A DNA stretch of 64,000 nucleotides from Eledone cirrhosa (Eukaryota): positions 253,580,001-253,644,000 of the forward strand of contig OZ024742.1 of the NCBI GenBank assembly GCA_964016885.1. Reading direction: 5' to 3'. Below, piece by piece: positions 1 through 13,773 of the stretch. The position numbers and the translations under genes were made by a program. The notes beneath the pieces are model-generated. The model was not told the origin of the DNA. It saw only the letters and a program-made list of their open reading frames with translations, and made no database searches. Position 1 is the stretch's first letter, and every line of letters begins with the position of its first letter.

Positions 1-77
1 TGACCATGGTGTGTCCCACCGTACCAGATGCCTTCAGCATCTCGGTAACTATTTCCGAAGGCCCAGCCGCCTTACCC
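1..77 (-). mobile_element. 5'-truncated end of an RTE LINE copy that continues off the left edge
   Basis: Nearly identical to ~55210-55285 of the intact RTE; stops abruptly at a (TA)n tract. Confidence 0.85.
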
Positions 78-204
78 GTATATATATATATATATAATAT
101 ACATTTATTCTATGTATATATGCACATATGTATGCATTCATATGAATATATGTATATATAATATATATATATATATATATACATATGATGATAATGATGA
201 TGAT

Positions 205-500
205 GTACATCATCATCATCATTACTATTCTATGTTTTACACTTATTTTCCATGCTTGCATGGGTTAGATGAGTTGTCACGTTCTGAAACTAGACAGGCA
301 GGCCAGACAACAGTATCGTGCTCATGCATTCAACTTTGGCATGGTTTCTATGGCTGGATGCTCTTTATAATGCCACTTCACAGCATGTTCTGAGTACATT
401 TTTTCACGGCACCACTACTATTACCTGGCAGGGTGACCTGGGTGGGGTTTTTCTTTTTCATAGCATCAACACTATTGCTTTCCAGTGTGGACTGGGCGAC
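205..500 (-). mobile_element. Degenerate RTE-tail-bearing SINE or RTE 3' UTR remnant
   Basis: (CAT)n, then TTTTCCATGCTTGCATGGGTTAGA and TTTCTATGGCTGGATGC, matching the RTE 3' UTR motifs at 53280-53440. Confidence 0.6.
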
Positions 501-1160
501 CGTACTACTACATTTTCACATTAGGGCTCTTTATCCAAAGACAGGCTGGGAGGAGAGGGTAGGGATTGGGGAGATGAGAGAAAAGTATAGACTGTCTGGT
601 CTGATACTAGCCCATGGGGGAGTTTGGGGTTTAAAGGAAGTGAATGACATCTCGTGATATTGTGGGGTGAACATGGCTTTCCATGTTGGTATGTTTGTGC
701 GAGGCAGTGGGGAATTCAGGGATAAATTTGGCAGTGCGAGTTTTTGGAAAGAGCAAGAAGGGAGAATCAATGGTTCATAGGGTAGTTTTGGAAAGAAGGA
801 GAGAAAGAGTGGGCAAGCAGCATCGGGCAGTACAGTGAAGATACATCCACCTTTGGATAAAAGTAAATGGAGATGGAGGGGAGACTATGTTGGAGGCTAT
901 GCTCAGAGAAGGGGAGATTATATATGCAAGGGGATTACTAGCAAGGAGTAGGTCATGGACAGGGCTGCCTAAATGTTGTTTCCAACTTTCTGTTTTTTAC
1001 AACAATCTTCAACATGTTCATTTAATCCTTGCTTGTGTAGAGATGATGGGAGCTTTCTGTGGTATTGGCATACCACCACCTGGCTAGTGCTTGTATCATT
1101 TCCACCATGAGATATAGCTTTTTGAGGTCAGCTTTAACCAATTTGTCCTATTGCCCAGTT

Positions 1161-1222
<62 letters not shown>

Positions 1223-1267
1223 GAAAGTAAGGATTTTATTATATCTCACATGGGTAAAATTATAGGA

Positions 1268-1774
1268 AAAAGAAGTTGAAAATGTAACTGGAGTCTTTAG
1301 AGTTATTTATAACTTTATTTAAAGTAATTTATAACATTACCGGTTTCACATGTTTCCTGACTTTCAAAAGTTCAGAAAAATGGAGAGATGGGTGGCTACA
1401 CTGACTTGTAACTCACACTTAATCTAACTGATATTATTATGTGTGTGCATGCATGCACACATGCACACACTCACACATGCACACACACAGTCACATGCAA
1501 TTCTTGTTTATTTTGCTGATTGGATCAGTATTATTTTGTTGTCATTACGATGGTAATTTTAAAGGTAATAATTATTATTTCCATTACTATCACCATAGTA
1601 ATAACATCAATTAGGTGTGATGTTATTACTATGGTGATGGTAATGTCAGTATAGCCACACATCCCTCCATCTCTCTTAACTTTTCTAAATCATGAAACTT
1701 GTGAAACCGGTAAAACTATAAATTTATTGTAAATAAACCTCTTTAAAGACTCCAATTACATTTTAAACTTCTTT

Positions 1775-1775
<1 letters not shown>
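1268..1775. repeat. Inverted repeat (arms ~1268-1405 and ~1645-1775), probable Penelope-like pseudo-LTR relic
   Basis: Arms are diverged reverse complements; both contain GTGAAACCGGTA; an internal hairpin lies at ~1581-1645. Confidence 0.6.
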
Positions 1776-1809
<34 letters not shown>

Positions 1810-2602
1810 AGATGAGGTCAAACTACTCCTAATTAGTGAATGGTAACTGTCTGGGTTGACGAAATATAGATTTCCCGTTTTGTCTTAATGCACAAGGATG
1901 TCATTGGTGCTTCTGTACTCCAATATTTTGCTACGGAGTTGTTGTTGGAATCGATTATGTCTAGGTTTGAATTTCTCTACTACCCTAAGTATTGAGTACT
2001 CTGGTGCGTTATGGTCCACCTGGTATCTTACCACACCCTATTTGTTATATATATATATATATATATTATATACACATCACATGTTTAGAAAATCGTAGTG
2101 GGATTTGAAGATTGAATATAATCAGTAACTTAACCATCATTTTTTACTTCAGATTAATAACAATGGATAAGCTCCTCGAACAGAAAACAATGGATATCAG
2201 CATGCTATTTTTTCCTGTTCTAGGGGCTTATGTATTCTGCCATTACTAGACTATTTTCTCTAAAAAAAAAAAATATGGGAAAGTTACTAATTCAATTCAA
2301 TATATCTATCTTTCTATTGATCTCTCTCTTCACAGACACGCATGCACACACTCATACATACATATACATATACACACACACACACATATATATATATAAT
2401 GTATATATATATCATATATTTAGAATTGCTGTTGGCCTGTTTGTATCCCTCCACTTAGTTGTTATAATGCATGTGCTTTCACAGTTGAAAATATGGCTGC
2501 ATGGCTGATGGTTGGAGTTATAAGGTGTTGCCTACTGAAGAGATCCCTACATTTAAATGATGCATTTTATCTAATAATGGTAATCTGGTATTATTTCTTC
2601 CT

Positions 2603-2790
2603 GGTGAATTGGCAGTATCGGTAGAGGGTCGGACGCCATGCTTTGACGCATAGAGTTACGGCCCTTTCCATTCTGAGTTCAAATCCCGGTGAGGTTAACT
2701 TTGCCTTTCATCCTTACGGGGTCGATAAAATAAAGTACCAGTAATACACTGGGTATTTGATGGCCTTGTGCCAAAAGTACAAACAATTAT
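2603..2790 (+). mobile_element. tRNA-derived SINE family B (Meta-domain-like central region) with TSD
   Basis: A-box-like TGGCAGTATCGG; B-box GAGTTCAAATCC; GCCTTTCATCCTTACGGGGTCGATAAAATAAAGTACCAG; TSD ATTATTTCTTCCTGGTG at 2590-2606 and 2786-2802. Confidence 0.85.
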
Positions 2791-3651
2791 TTCTTCCTGG
2801 TGCAAACCATATCTGTCAAGTCTTTAAGAATTGCAATTTACCCTTTTGATGTAAGTTCATTGCTCGTAATCCCACTTTTTTTATGTCTTTTATATTTGTG
2901 TTCTGTGCAAGGCATTAGATATATTTGGTTCAGTAATATAATATGGTATGTATGCCCTCTGACTAGTGGTCAAATCTCAGAGGGTTAGAGTAGAAAATAA
3001 AAAAATACTAACAAATGACAGATAAAAGATAATAAATTAAAAATTAAGTGAGAGGGGAAGAGATACAGGACAGGAGACAGAGAGTGGCGGTGGTGATGTG
3101 TGGTAAATGTCTGGCATGCTGATTGCCTTATTTTAATGGGGGTGATGTGGCTTTAGGGAGTGAGAGTGAAAGAAAGGTTAGGAGATTTATGATGTTGATT
3201 TAGTTGATTTGGTCAGTTGACAGCTAATAAAAGTGGGGTGGTATGTAGTCAGTATATTAAAATCCAGGTGGTTCTGCTTGAATTCTGAAATTGCTGAATC
3301 GAATCATGTTGGTTTTTTATTTTCTAACCCTCTGAGATGTGACCACTATGTATGTATGTATTTAATGTTTCATTTCATGTTAGTATTATCTCTATCCTCA
3401 CCAAGTATTTACACATACACTTACTCACCACTGTAACTTTAATCACCACAACCACCACCACCACCACCACCACCACCACCACTATTATCAGCGATCGTAT
3501 TCTGTAATTATTATTTTTTTTACTTATTTTTTACATCTTTATCATCTTCATTCTAATTTCTTTACTTCTTCATTATTATCTTTTATTATTGATGTTATTA
3601 TTTTGATACTCCATTGTATCTATAAATACCAATGCTATATGTAAAACCTCC

Positions 3652-3764
3652 AGTATTCCGATGATTTGATCAGAGGTAAACATTGTATTTAAGGTCGAGT
3701 GATGCAACTTCGAGTGATTAGTGGTCTTTAGACTCACCTGATCAATGAAACAATTGTGAATACT
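3652..3764 (+). ncRNA. Degenerate type I hammerhead ribozyme with long stem II
   Basis: AGTATT-[CCGATGA]-TTTGATCAG..CTGATCAAT-GAAA-CAATTG-TG-AATACT; two non-consensus catalytic positions; AATAAA just downstream. Confidence 0.55.
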
Positions 3765-3962
3765 AGAAATAAAACCCTTTTTGTACAGCTGACCATGTTA
3801 TTCTTCAATCTTTCACTATATATATATATATATATAGAAACAACACATCACTCGATTGCAAGCCCAATGCTCTAACCACTAAGCCATGTGCCTCCATATA
3901 TATATATACATACATACATACATACATACATACATACATACATACATACATACATACATACA

Positions 3963-4041
<79 letters not shown>

Positions 4042-4087
4042 CGTAAAATAAGAAAATTATAAAATTAACTTACTTACTAAAATTTCA

Positions 4088-4168
4088 CTCCAACTAATTA
4101 GTTTCTGAAAGGGAATAAACATAGTTTCCGAAGAATCGTACGGAGAAGCCCTTCGTCATCAGGGAAGT
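4088..4168 (-). ncRNA. Candidate type I hammerhead ribozyme
   Basis: Minus strand reads ACTTCC-CTGATGA-CGAAG..CTTCG-GAAA-CTA..TAG-TT-GGAGT; stem I is imperfect. Confidence 0.55.
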
Positions 4169-4560
4169 CTATTCTCAGCTAAGTTTCCAGGCAATACGTG
4201 GACACAGGGAACTTATACAAAAATAATTCAGTGGATGGAAAAAAGCAAAGCGTGGACTAAATTCCAAGCCATTGGAAAAAATCACTGCCTACTGCGTCGG
4301 TGGCAAACTCAAAAGAATCAGTCACGTGACATCGAGGTCAATCAGTGAAGTGCGGTTTGTTAAGAAGACAGCAGTCGGACTGTTACTATAGTAGCAGTTT
4401 TGGCCAATTTTTGCTCGACAAATAATTTGGAGATAATTATAAAGAATTAATATATCCAATATTATTGTTCTGCATCCTCATGCATTGAACCACAAAGTTA
4501 CTAAGACAAAACCTATATATTTGCTAGCATAAGTATGCATCTGTGTATATATATGTTACT

Positions 4561-4622
<62 letters not shown>

Positions 4623-4626
<4 letters not shown>

Positions 4627-4978
4627 GTTAGAGCATTGGGCTTGCAATCGAAAGGTTGTGAGTTCAATTCCCAGACCGAGTGGTGTGTTGTTTCCTTGAA
4701 CAAGACACTTTATTTCACATTGCTCCAGTTTACTCAGCTGTAGAAATGAGATGATAGGACTGGGGCGGCAAAGTGGTTGTGGAGGTACCATGGCAGAAAA
4801 GGCACCCACCCAGCCCACACTGTAAAGTGGACGTGTAGACACCATGGAAAAAAGCACCCAACACTCACTATAAATGAGGTTGGTGTTAGTAAAAGCATCC
4901 AGCTGTAGAAATCAAGCCAGAATCAGTTCCCATCCTGCCCTTACAAGCAGGGAAAAGCGGACGTAAAATGATGATGAT
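4623..4978 (+). mobile_element. tRNA-derived CORE-SINE (family A) with RTE-type 3' tail
   Basis: A box GTGGTTAGAGC; B box GAGTTCAATTC; CORE-like CCTTGAACAAGACACTT..CAGTTTACTCAGCTGTAGAAATG; tail ..GCGGACGTAAAAT(GAT)n; inserted in (TA)n. Confidence 0.85.
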
Positions 4979-5706
4979 ATATATATATATATATATATGT
5001 GTGAGTGTGTGTATATATATATATATACATTTACCATTATCACCATTTAACATCTATTTTCCATGCTTGCATACTGAAACTAGACTGGTCAGGTGACAAC
5101 ATCTAGCACCTATGTTTCATTTTTGGATACCTTTCCTAACGTTAACCACTTTACAACATGTACTGGGGGTATTTTATCATGTCTCAGGCACTACTACCTT
5201 ATAATGTAGACTGCGAGCATTTTGTCCAATTTAGAATATGTACACCATATCCCTACATGTTGAAGAAGGCCTAAAAGGGTTAATGTCAGGAAGGACATCA
5301 AACTGTAAAATGTTGCCTTAAAAATCCTGTCCAATTCATGCCAGCATGGAAAAGTGGATGTAAAAATGGTGATGTTGATGATATATATGAAATTTAAAGA
5401 TATAATCACCACAATGCAGGTAATAGAGACATGCATTGTTTGATTTCCAATTGTTCCTGTCTCAAGGGGTACTTGAACTTATTCAACAATTATCTATAGT
5501 TATCAAATATTATTGTAGTTATTTGCATTGTGGTGACTATAGTTTCAAATCATCCATTCCTTTGTAATTTAACCAAATATTTACAAACACATGCACATAT
5601 ATATATATATATATAGATACACACACACACATATATGTATATATATATATATACACACACACACATATATATACACACACATACACACACATATATATAT
5701 ATATAG

Positions 5707-5741
<35 letters not shown>

Positions 5742-6139
5742 CATACTTACATACATATACATTGAATATATATAAATGTTTAAAGACTCATATATATCAG
5801 CTAGTTACCTCTACATTTATATAGACATTTACTTACACTTTTTCTTTTACAATTTGTTCTTTGGTTTCAGGGAGGGAAGGAAAAATTGATTATTTATAAC
5901 AACTTGGTTATATATCACAATTACACTAAAGTAAAATAGAAATCAATTTGGCTAAATAAGAGAGTTGGGACTTCATTCTTTGCTTTACATTGTTCAATAA
6001 TCTTCAAATTAAAGTAAATAACTGTGGAATAATATACTTGCGATTTCAATGATTAGTTTCTTTAAGTGATGTGCTTATCACAGACAAGATAATAGTTATT
6101 TGTAGTGTCTAAAAAAAAACAATCTTGCACATGAATAGA

Positions 6140-6590
6140 TATCATCCTCCTCCTCGTCATCTTTTTATGTCAGATTTTTTCATGCCTGTTGTGTTCCTTT
6201 GTTATCTCCTATATGATGTTTAGCACTTTGAGATCAGCTCTTACCATTTCTACCCAGGTTTTCATTGGTCTTATTTTACTGCAGTTTCCTTTCAATGGGA
6301 TCTTTTGGTATTTCTTCACCCAATGTTCATCATCCATACACATTATATCTCCATAGAAACTCAATCTTCTTACTTGCACGCTATATTTGATTCATCTTAT
6401 GCTCAGTTTATTTCTCATCTCATCTGTGCTTCCTTATTTATGTACATCCATATTATCCCTCCGTTGAAGCATGCTCACTTCATTTCTCTCCAGTCTTCAC
6501 ATATCCTCAACATTTATTGCCTATGTTTCACTACTATGCCACATTACACTTTTTATGTACAAGTAGATATATTTATATGATTACTACTCT
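6140..6590 (-). mobile_element. Highly degenerate RTE 3' fragment
   Basis: Resembles the C-terminal RTE region at 60130-60650, with many stops. Confidence 0.55.
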
Positions 6591-6824
6591 TAACTCTTTT
6601 GATACCAAACTGTCTGAAACTACCCACAGTTCTGCAATATAAGGTTGTTTGTTTTACCATGTTTATATTTATTTAAAAAAATTTCCATTGCAATTTTATG
6701 AAAGAATGTTCCAGACAGCAACTTAGAAAATAGAGAGTTTTTTATATTACTAAATCTTGATTATTTAAGAACAGCTAAATAGAAATTCAAAATATTTGCA
6801 TGAAAATAGCAACAATTTGTGTGT

Positions 6825-7250
6825 GAAGGGTGAAGGGTAGATTGCATGATGCTTGTGTGTAATCTGCAATGCTAGATGGCAGTGAAACATGGGCCTTGAG
6901 AGAAAAAGACTAGTGAAGGCTAAAATGAAATGAGTCGAGTATGCTCCAATGGATGTGTAATGCTAATGTGCATGACAGCATAATCAAACAGAAAAAAACT
7001 TGAAATAATAGGAATTGGAAAGAGAGAAGACTGCATTGATATGGATATGTGATGTGTATGGAAGATAACAGCTGCATTAAAGATGCAGAGAAGCCCCAGT
7101 GGCTGAAACTCATGGAAGAGGCAGACCCAGGATGTCTTGGGATGAGGTTGTAAAGATCAACCTTAAAAACCTAAACCTCACAATAGAGATGACAAAGGAT
7201 CATGAGGGCTGGTACTATGCTGTGCTGGTGAAGACCCAGGCAAGAGCATG
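6825..7250 (+). mobile_element. Degenerate RTE 3' fragment
   Basis: Encodes GSETWAL..LQWMCN..RLH*YGYV..GRGRPRMSWDEVV, homologous to the C-terminus of the 1076-aa ORF. Confidence 0.75.
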
Positions 7251-7760
7251 GCATGTGAACTATCTTATTCCCATCTTATCCCCCCTTCCACTAGAACTCC
7301 CTAGCAGTTATCCTCACCTTGATTACACCCCCAACCATCTATGCCCCTCCAGTATCATTCCTTAGCTGCTTTCCCCTCTAAAATTTTTAGATAACCTGGC
7401 TATCACACACAAGAAGCTATTCTCTCTACTCCTATGCATCCCTCCCATTCACCTCTCACCTCAATCTCCACTTAGGTGTTCTCACCACCACATCCCCTCT
7501 TCCTTTGCTATCAAAAGTCACCTCATTTTCCTTTCCCACTCATCACCCTGTGAAATCACATCACACATGCCATAACTTCTCCTATCGATCCTATACAACC
7601 GCCCACAGAGCAGTGAGGGCTATTCTATTAGGATAAGGACCAACAACCTCTTTAGTATTAGTGCCAGGAAAATATACCTGGTACATTTTGTAAGGTGGTT
7701 GGCAACAGGAAGGGAACCCCGCTGTAGAAACCTTGCCTAAAAAGGGTTGAGAAAACCCTT

Positions 7761-7807
7761 CACTAGCTAGGTTGTTGCACTGTGACAGTGCAACAACCTA
7801 GCTAGTG
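7761..7807. repeat. Perfect 47-bp palindrome
   Basis: CACTAGCTAGGTTGTTGCACTGT-G-ACAGTGCAACAACCTAGCTAGTG (23-bp arms, 1-nt loop). Confidence 0.9.
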
Positions 7808-8539
7808 TTGATGATCTACGCGATAAATGTAACCAGTAACACTGTAAAGTGGTTGGTGATAAGAAGGGCATCCAACCTTTAAAAGCTTACATAACAAAGG
7901 TTTGGGGTGACCCTCAGTTGTGTCAAAGACATGACAACATTTCCTGTGAATTCAATAGAACATGAGACCGTACATAACTAAGACACAGATCCCTGGCTTG
8001 TCTGGAAAGTCAGTAGCCACGTTTCTGCATCGATTTTGTTTATATGGACACACCCAAGCCCTGCTAGTGGGGAAAGTAATGACAACGGCGATTATAATGA
8101 GTGGGGGTAGCAACTGGGTAGTGAAATGGGAGGGATAGAGGTAGGCTGAGGTGTGTATGAATGAGGTGTATATGTATGAGGTGGGGGGTGGGGGTGAGAG
8201 GTGAAGTTTGATGTGTGAGTGGGAAAAAAAGGGAATTTAATTTGCAGAGTTTGGTAGAGGTGAGGGAAAGGAAAAGTGTGTACACGTTAGTGTGTGAGTG
8301 TGTGTGTATATATGTCCATGTGTGTTATAAGAAGTGGTTGACTGGTTACATATCTAGCAATATAACTCTTTACTTTTTATGCTAGTGTTTTGAACATTGT
8401 TAAAGTTTATTAAATAACATATTAATGGAAGCTTTTTTCAATAAATGTAAATAACTTAGTGTTTTCATTACCATATTTTAAATAAAAACGATTACCAATG
8501 ATTTGCAAATCATTTTGAAAATAATCAAACTTTGGAGGT

Positions 8540-11030
8540 ATTTAATAATGTAACTAACTTAACTTTTTCATTAGTAAGCTTTTTGATAAAATTATGGCAG
8601 GAAGTTTTGAAATGACTATAAACTATACTATGAAATCCATGATGTTTTCTTGAAGACAAAATTGTTTTCTTTTTGTATTTTGATGATGCAATGGATTGGA
8701 GGTTTGAATGTACGAGTAAGATACAATTCTTAAACAATTTTGCTGAGCTTTTGTGGGTTGTTGTATGAACAGCATTTCGATATTGAAGCAGAACATTGTT
8801 AATGCATTTATTGAGAGACTTGACATCAAAAGGTTTCATAACTTTGATTACCGCCTTCAGTGTTCCTACAAACTTTTCTGGCTTCTCCACTAAATGTTGG
8901 ATTGTGTGGAGCAGTAAAAACATGTCAACACTCTTCAACCAGTCTTCAACACACAAGATGGCAAAATGAGTTTCATTGTCAGTAACCAAAGCAAGTGAAA
9001 CTCCCTTGTGACTGAATGTCTTCCACAACGCAAGCATCATGAATTCAGCATTTGGTGTTTTTGTGAGTTAGACGCTGGTCATCAGGAATAGTCATAAATC
9101 ATCATGATCTCATAGTATTGCTGGAGAAATGGACCACAGTAGTCAGCATGAACACCTTGCCAAGGTTGATAATTTGTTGGTCATGGTTTCCCCTCTGAAG
9201 TCTTAGTTTTTTCACTTTGGCATGCTGAGTAATTGTTTGCAATTAATAATATATCTACATTTATATCTGGCCTCTGATGGGACAATGATTTCACTTAATA
9301 CTAAGATGGCAGGCATGAAGATCTTCAAGTACCAATTTACACAGTGTAGGTGGAAAATAATGTGGTCATTCGGGTAAAGGATACCACCGGGGGTAAAAGT
9401 CTGGAAATTTCTTCTTCAATCAGAAGTTCCAACTTGTTTTCAAAATGTTCATAATGCTATTATAGTATTTTAGGGTTTCATGACAAAGATCAACATGCTG
9501 AACTGGAAGTGGTTGTGTCAAAAGTGACTTTGACTCTACTTGTGGAGGATCCATATTCAAATATCATGATAAAAAATCAATATGGGTTATGTTTTTGTTA
9601 TTTAAAAGAACGATATTATATTTTAATCTCTGAGCGCAACAGCCCATCTCTGCATCATGGCAGTCGATTTCTTTACCAATTACTTATCTGGATTGAAAAT
9701 AAACATAAGAGCCTTATGGTCGGTAGTGATGGAAAACGGAACATTCAACAGAAACTTATGTTATAGTCAAGTATACAGCTAACACCTCAAGCACTGTTTG
9801 AGTGTACTCCTTTTCGGCTGATGTTAAACGTTGAGATATACACATTATTGGATGCCCATTATGTTTTAGGACTGCACCGATACCATGTTTGGATGCATCT
9901 ATTATGATATTTGTCTTCACTTTCATGTAAAACGGTTTAACCACAGCATAGGAAGCCAAAACGAAAGAAGTTCTTGTAGACCTGTCTCTTGTTCACCCTT
10001 CCATTGGAATTTCATTATAACGGTAGTGCTTTGCTTGGAAAATTAGGAATGAAACATGAGTAATACTCTATAGCTACAAAAACTGAATGAATTTTTGCAA
10101 AAGTACGAGGGTATTTTGCTTCCATGCATGAAGCATCTAGTCAAATTTCACGACCAGCAAACAACTGATTTCTGTTTCCCTGAATTGGTATTTAGATACA
10201 TTTATTTCAAATTATTTTTCTACGAATTGCCAAGGTATCTCTTTTAGACTTTTGTGGCTATACTTATCCTTGGAAAAGAGGATTATGCCATCCTGGTAAG
10301 AAACGATCCCTGGAATGCTCTTTGTGATGTCATTTTCAAGTATCCGAATATAGGTAATTAATTCATGATGCCTTGAGTATTTCTTTAACCTTTTCCACTC
10401 AATACATTTACGAAATTTACACTCATATCTTAGGTGTCTATTACCACAAGGTATCTATTACAACAAAAATTGAATGAACCACTTCCTTTGTTTGTCCCTT
10501 TTGAGTTATCTTGTCCAGTCTTGTTCTCCTTTAAGCTCTGACCTCGCGATTGATTCTTTTGGAATAGGATGTTTGGCTCACATGATTTTCCACACATACT
10601 TCGCTTTCTTGCAGTCTTGGAATGTCGAATTTTCATAGAGAACAGCTGGTCATTAATCTCAGCAATAAGACTACCATGGAGCAACATGTCTAGCTGGTCT
10701 ATAAATTCACATTGGATTGCCTGATGTTGTAATTTCAAGATGAATTCATGAGAGGTACATAGATTTAGCACACACTAATGAGTTGAATTTTGCACTCTCA
10801 GTTGCCTGAAACTTTGTCGGTTGCAAAGAACTTCTTGTATTTCTGTTAAGGATGTTGACTTCACATCTTTTGGATAGATCAAGGTTTTCACGGGTGAAAG
10901 TGCTTCCTTTCCAATTACAATTAAGAAAGAATCTTTGATAGCCATTTCCGAAAGATTTTCTCTTGCCTCTATCCAAAGGTCAAAACAATCCAAGTAGCCC
11001 TGAACATCTTCAGTCCTGACTGTGTGTTTT
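8540..11030 (-). mobile_element. Decayed Ty3/Gypsy LTR retrotransposon internal region (gag, RT, RNase H, integrase)
   Basis: Gag-like FILKLQHQAIQCEF..LIA; RNase H IIIDASKHGIGAVLKHNGHPIMCISQRLTSAEKEY; integrase-like LVTDNETHFA..LLQYRNAVHTTT; RNase H precedes integrase; frameshifted. Confidence 0.8.
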
Positions 11031-11464
11031 GACAAACATGTAGGTGTTTTAAGATGTGTCTGGGATGTTCTATTATGTAGTAAGAATGGGTGTGGGTATG
11101 TGATAAATATGACAATTGAATGAGGATGTGATAAATATGACAATCATGAGTAAAATATATGCCCAGAAAATGTTTTGAATTGAGCACATCACAAATATGT
11201 ATTGAGATATCAGGATATATATAAACAGCATAATAGAAGACAAATAATGTTTCAATCTTGCCTATCATTGACATATTGAAGAACTTGTTATTGAAATCAA
11301 ACATGCCAAAACTGGCTCAGGTTCTATGAAACAAATCGACCCATTTTATGGGTTTCCTATGGAAATTCAATTATATATAGGGTCTTATGTAACCAGGCCA
11401 TTGAAATATGTATTCAAATATATATATATGTATATATTAATAAATGAATGAATGGCGAATTCTT

Positions 11465-12530
11465 TATTTGCAAAGATCAGTTGGAAGAATTGTTATCCTA
11501 TTCCATGTAGTGGCCCTCCCTGGGGTGACTGTAGAGGCCAATCTCGAACCCGCAGGTTCTGGCAGAGTTGGGGAAAGTGTGTACTTGGTTAGTTGGTTGT
11601 TGGATGGCAGACAGCTTCTTTGATTTTTGTCTTAGCTGTTGCCTTCCTGTCCACCTTAAAGCTGTTTTGATGGTCACTCTCTATCAGTCTTCTGCCAGGT
11701 GTTCCCTTTCTTTGTGATCAGTATTGCCTTGGATCAGCTGGTGCTTGAGTTAGTCCTTGAAGCATTTTCAGGGTGCCCCTTGGTTTCACTTGCTTTGACA
11801 TAGTTTGCCATAGAAAACTGCATTTGGCATCCTAGAGTTGTTTATGCGCAAGATATGACCTACAAGCTCTCTCAACATCACTATGGTCTCAATGCTTGTG
11901 ATATCGACCCTCTTGAGAACTTCCTCATTTGTTACGGATGCCCATGAGGGAGTGAAGGCATCGCTGATTCAATCTTTCTAGTAGCTTAATCTGCTTCTGA
12001 TACAGGACCCAGCTTTCAGCTCCGTAGAGGAGGGTAGTGATTACAATAGACTCTGATCTTTGTGGTGAGGCATGGAGAGTGGTTTCTGCCACACGTTTCT
12101 GCAAGCCTTCGAATGAATTGCTGGGCTTGGCAAAGTGGTTGTCAATGTCCTTTACTGAGGTAGCATCATTAACATTAATTAATGACGCTTTGCAAGTATG
12201 TGAAGTGCTCCCATGCACTGAGGGGTTGCCCATCGATGTTAATCTTTGGAGGGTGGTACCCTTCATTTGCTGGATTCTGGGGGAGGGTTGTGGCATGACT
12301 TCAGTTTTCTTGAGGCTGATGGTCAAGACAAAGGCTTTGGCTGCCCGAGAAAAGCAGCTGACAGGTACCTGGAGATCTGGCTCTGTGTGTACCAGCAGGG
12401 CACAGTCATTTGCAAACTGCAGATTCAGGATCAACTCCTCCGATGTTTTGGTGCAGGTGAGCAGTTGTCGCAAGTTGAAACACACTCCCATCAGTGCGGA
12501 ACCAGATGTAAATGTTCCTCCAAAAGATAT
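11465..12530 (-). mobile_element. 5'-truncated RTE-BovB-like LINE fragment (different family from the intact RTE)
   Basis: LQFANDCAL (YADD-like), ISLKKTEVM, LLYGAESW..LERLNQRCLHSLMGI; no PHD insert; disrupted. Confidence 0.8.
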
Positions 12531-12668
12531 AATAACAGAACACACTCACTGTTTGGTTGGTTTTCGCTTCTGCATCTTTTATATCTCCATAGTTAATTTA
12601 TTTGACAATCAATGTTAATCATTAACTGACCATTGGTTAAAAATACAGATATATATATAATATATATA

Positions 12669-13741
12669 TACTAGCTGGCCTGTCCGGCTGGCACCTGGCT
12701 AGGTATACCTGTCCTCACCACTCCACTGCAAAGATACCACACACCTTCCCGTGTCACATTGCCCTTCCGACTCTCTCTCTCTCTCTCTCTCTCTGAATAA
12801 CTAACACTTTAATTATATCTCTCTCTCTCTAATGGCCTATCTCTCTCTTTTCCCCTCCTCCTGTTTTTCTGTCTCTCTCTGTAGATGTGTGTGTGTAGTT
12901 TTCCTAATCTTTCTCTAAACCTCTCTCTTTCTCTCTCTCTCTATGTGTATATATTGAAGGGAGATTTTAAAACAGTGTTGTCATATAGAGAGTGAAGAGC
13001 GACAGAGATAGTAAAGCAGTTAAATTATAGCGAGGGGAAATGATCTTACATACATACATGGTGGCTGACAACTCGTTTTCGAGTACGGCCACTACTTTAT
13101 ATCCATGTAGGAGAACCCCTACCGATGCGCTGAACAAGTGTGACTTTTTAGTCCAGCCAGCGACTTGAAAACTCTGGTACAAACACTACACTTGTGACAA
13201 TTATTGACACATAGTGCTGGGCACATGGTACCATGTGACAAGTGCAGAGAGATCTCCAAATATAAAGCAATGCTTGTGCCGTGAAGCTTTATAGTGAGCA
13301 AAGGTACTGCACAAAGCCAGTCCCACTCTCTTAACCAAGATGATATTTACCAAAAAGAAGAACAAGTCAACATCATTGGATACCATCAGGGTTGCAGGTG
13401 TTATATCAGAGTTTTCCTTCTCCTAGAATTCTGCCTTGATTTTGGTGATTTTGGATGGCCATTGACTCTTAAGAGCTCCTTTGCCCTTTGACAGGTTTTG
13501 TTTTTTAGTCCTGCAGGATGTCCAAAGTCACCCTCCTCACCAAGAAACCTTGGTCGGATTGCCAGTTTAGTCGCCAACGACCCCGACCATGGGACAGGTT
13601 GTACTGAAATACATATTACCAGTAGTACCAACTGGTGACGACGCTCAGCTTTATAATATTATAGATATAGTCTAACAAAGTTTCTTTTGTTGCACTCTGC
13701 AACATCATCAACATACATACATACATACATACATACATACA

Positions 13742-13773
<32 letters not shown>

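Noticed and set aside
4623-4680. tRNA genes at SINE heads
   Set aside because: A/B boxes are present but no complete cloverleaf is evident, and each continues into a SINE body
8300-11300. Paired LTRs for the Gypsy relic
   Set aside because: Could not identify matching direct repeats on both sides by eye
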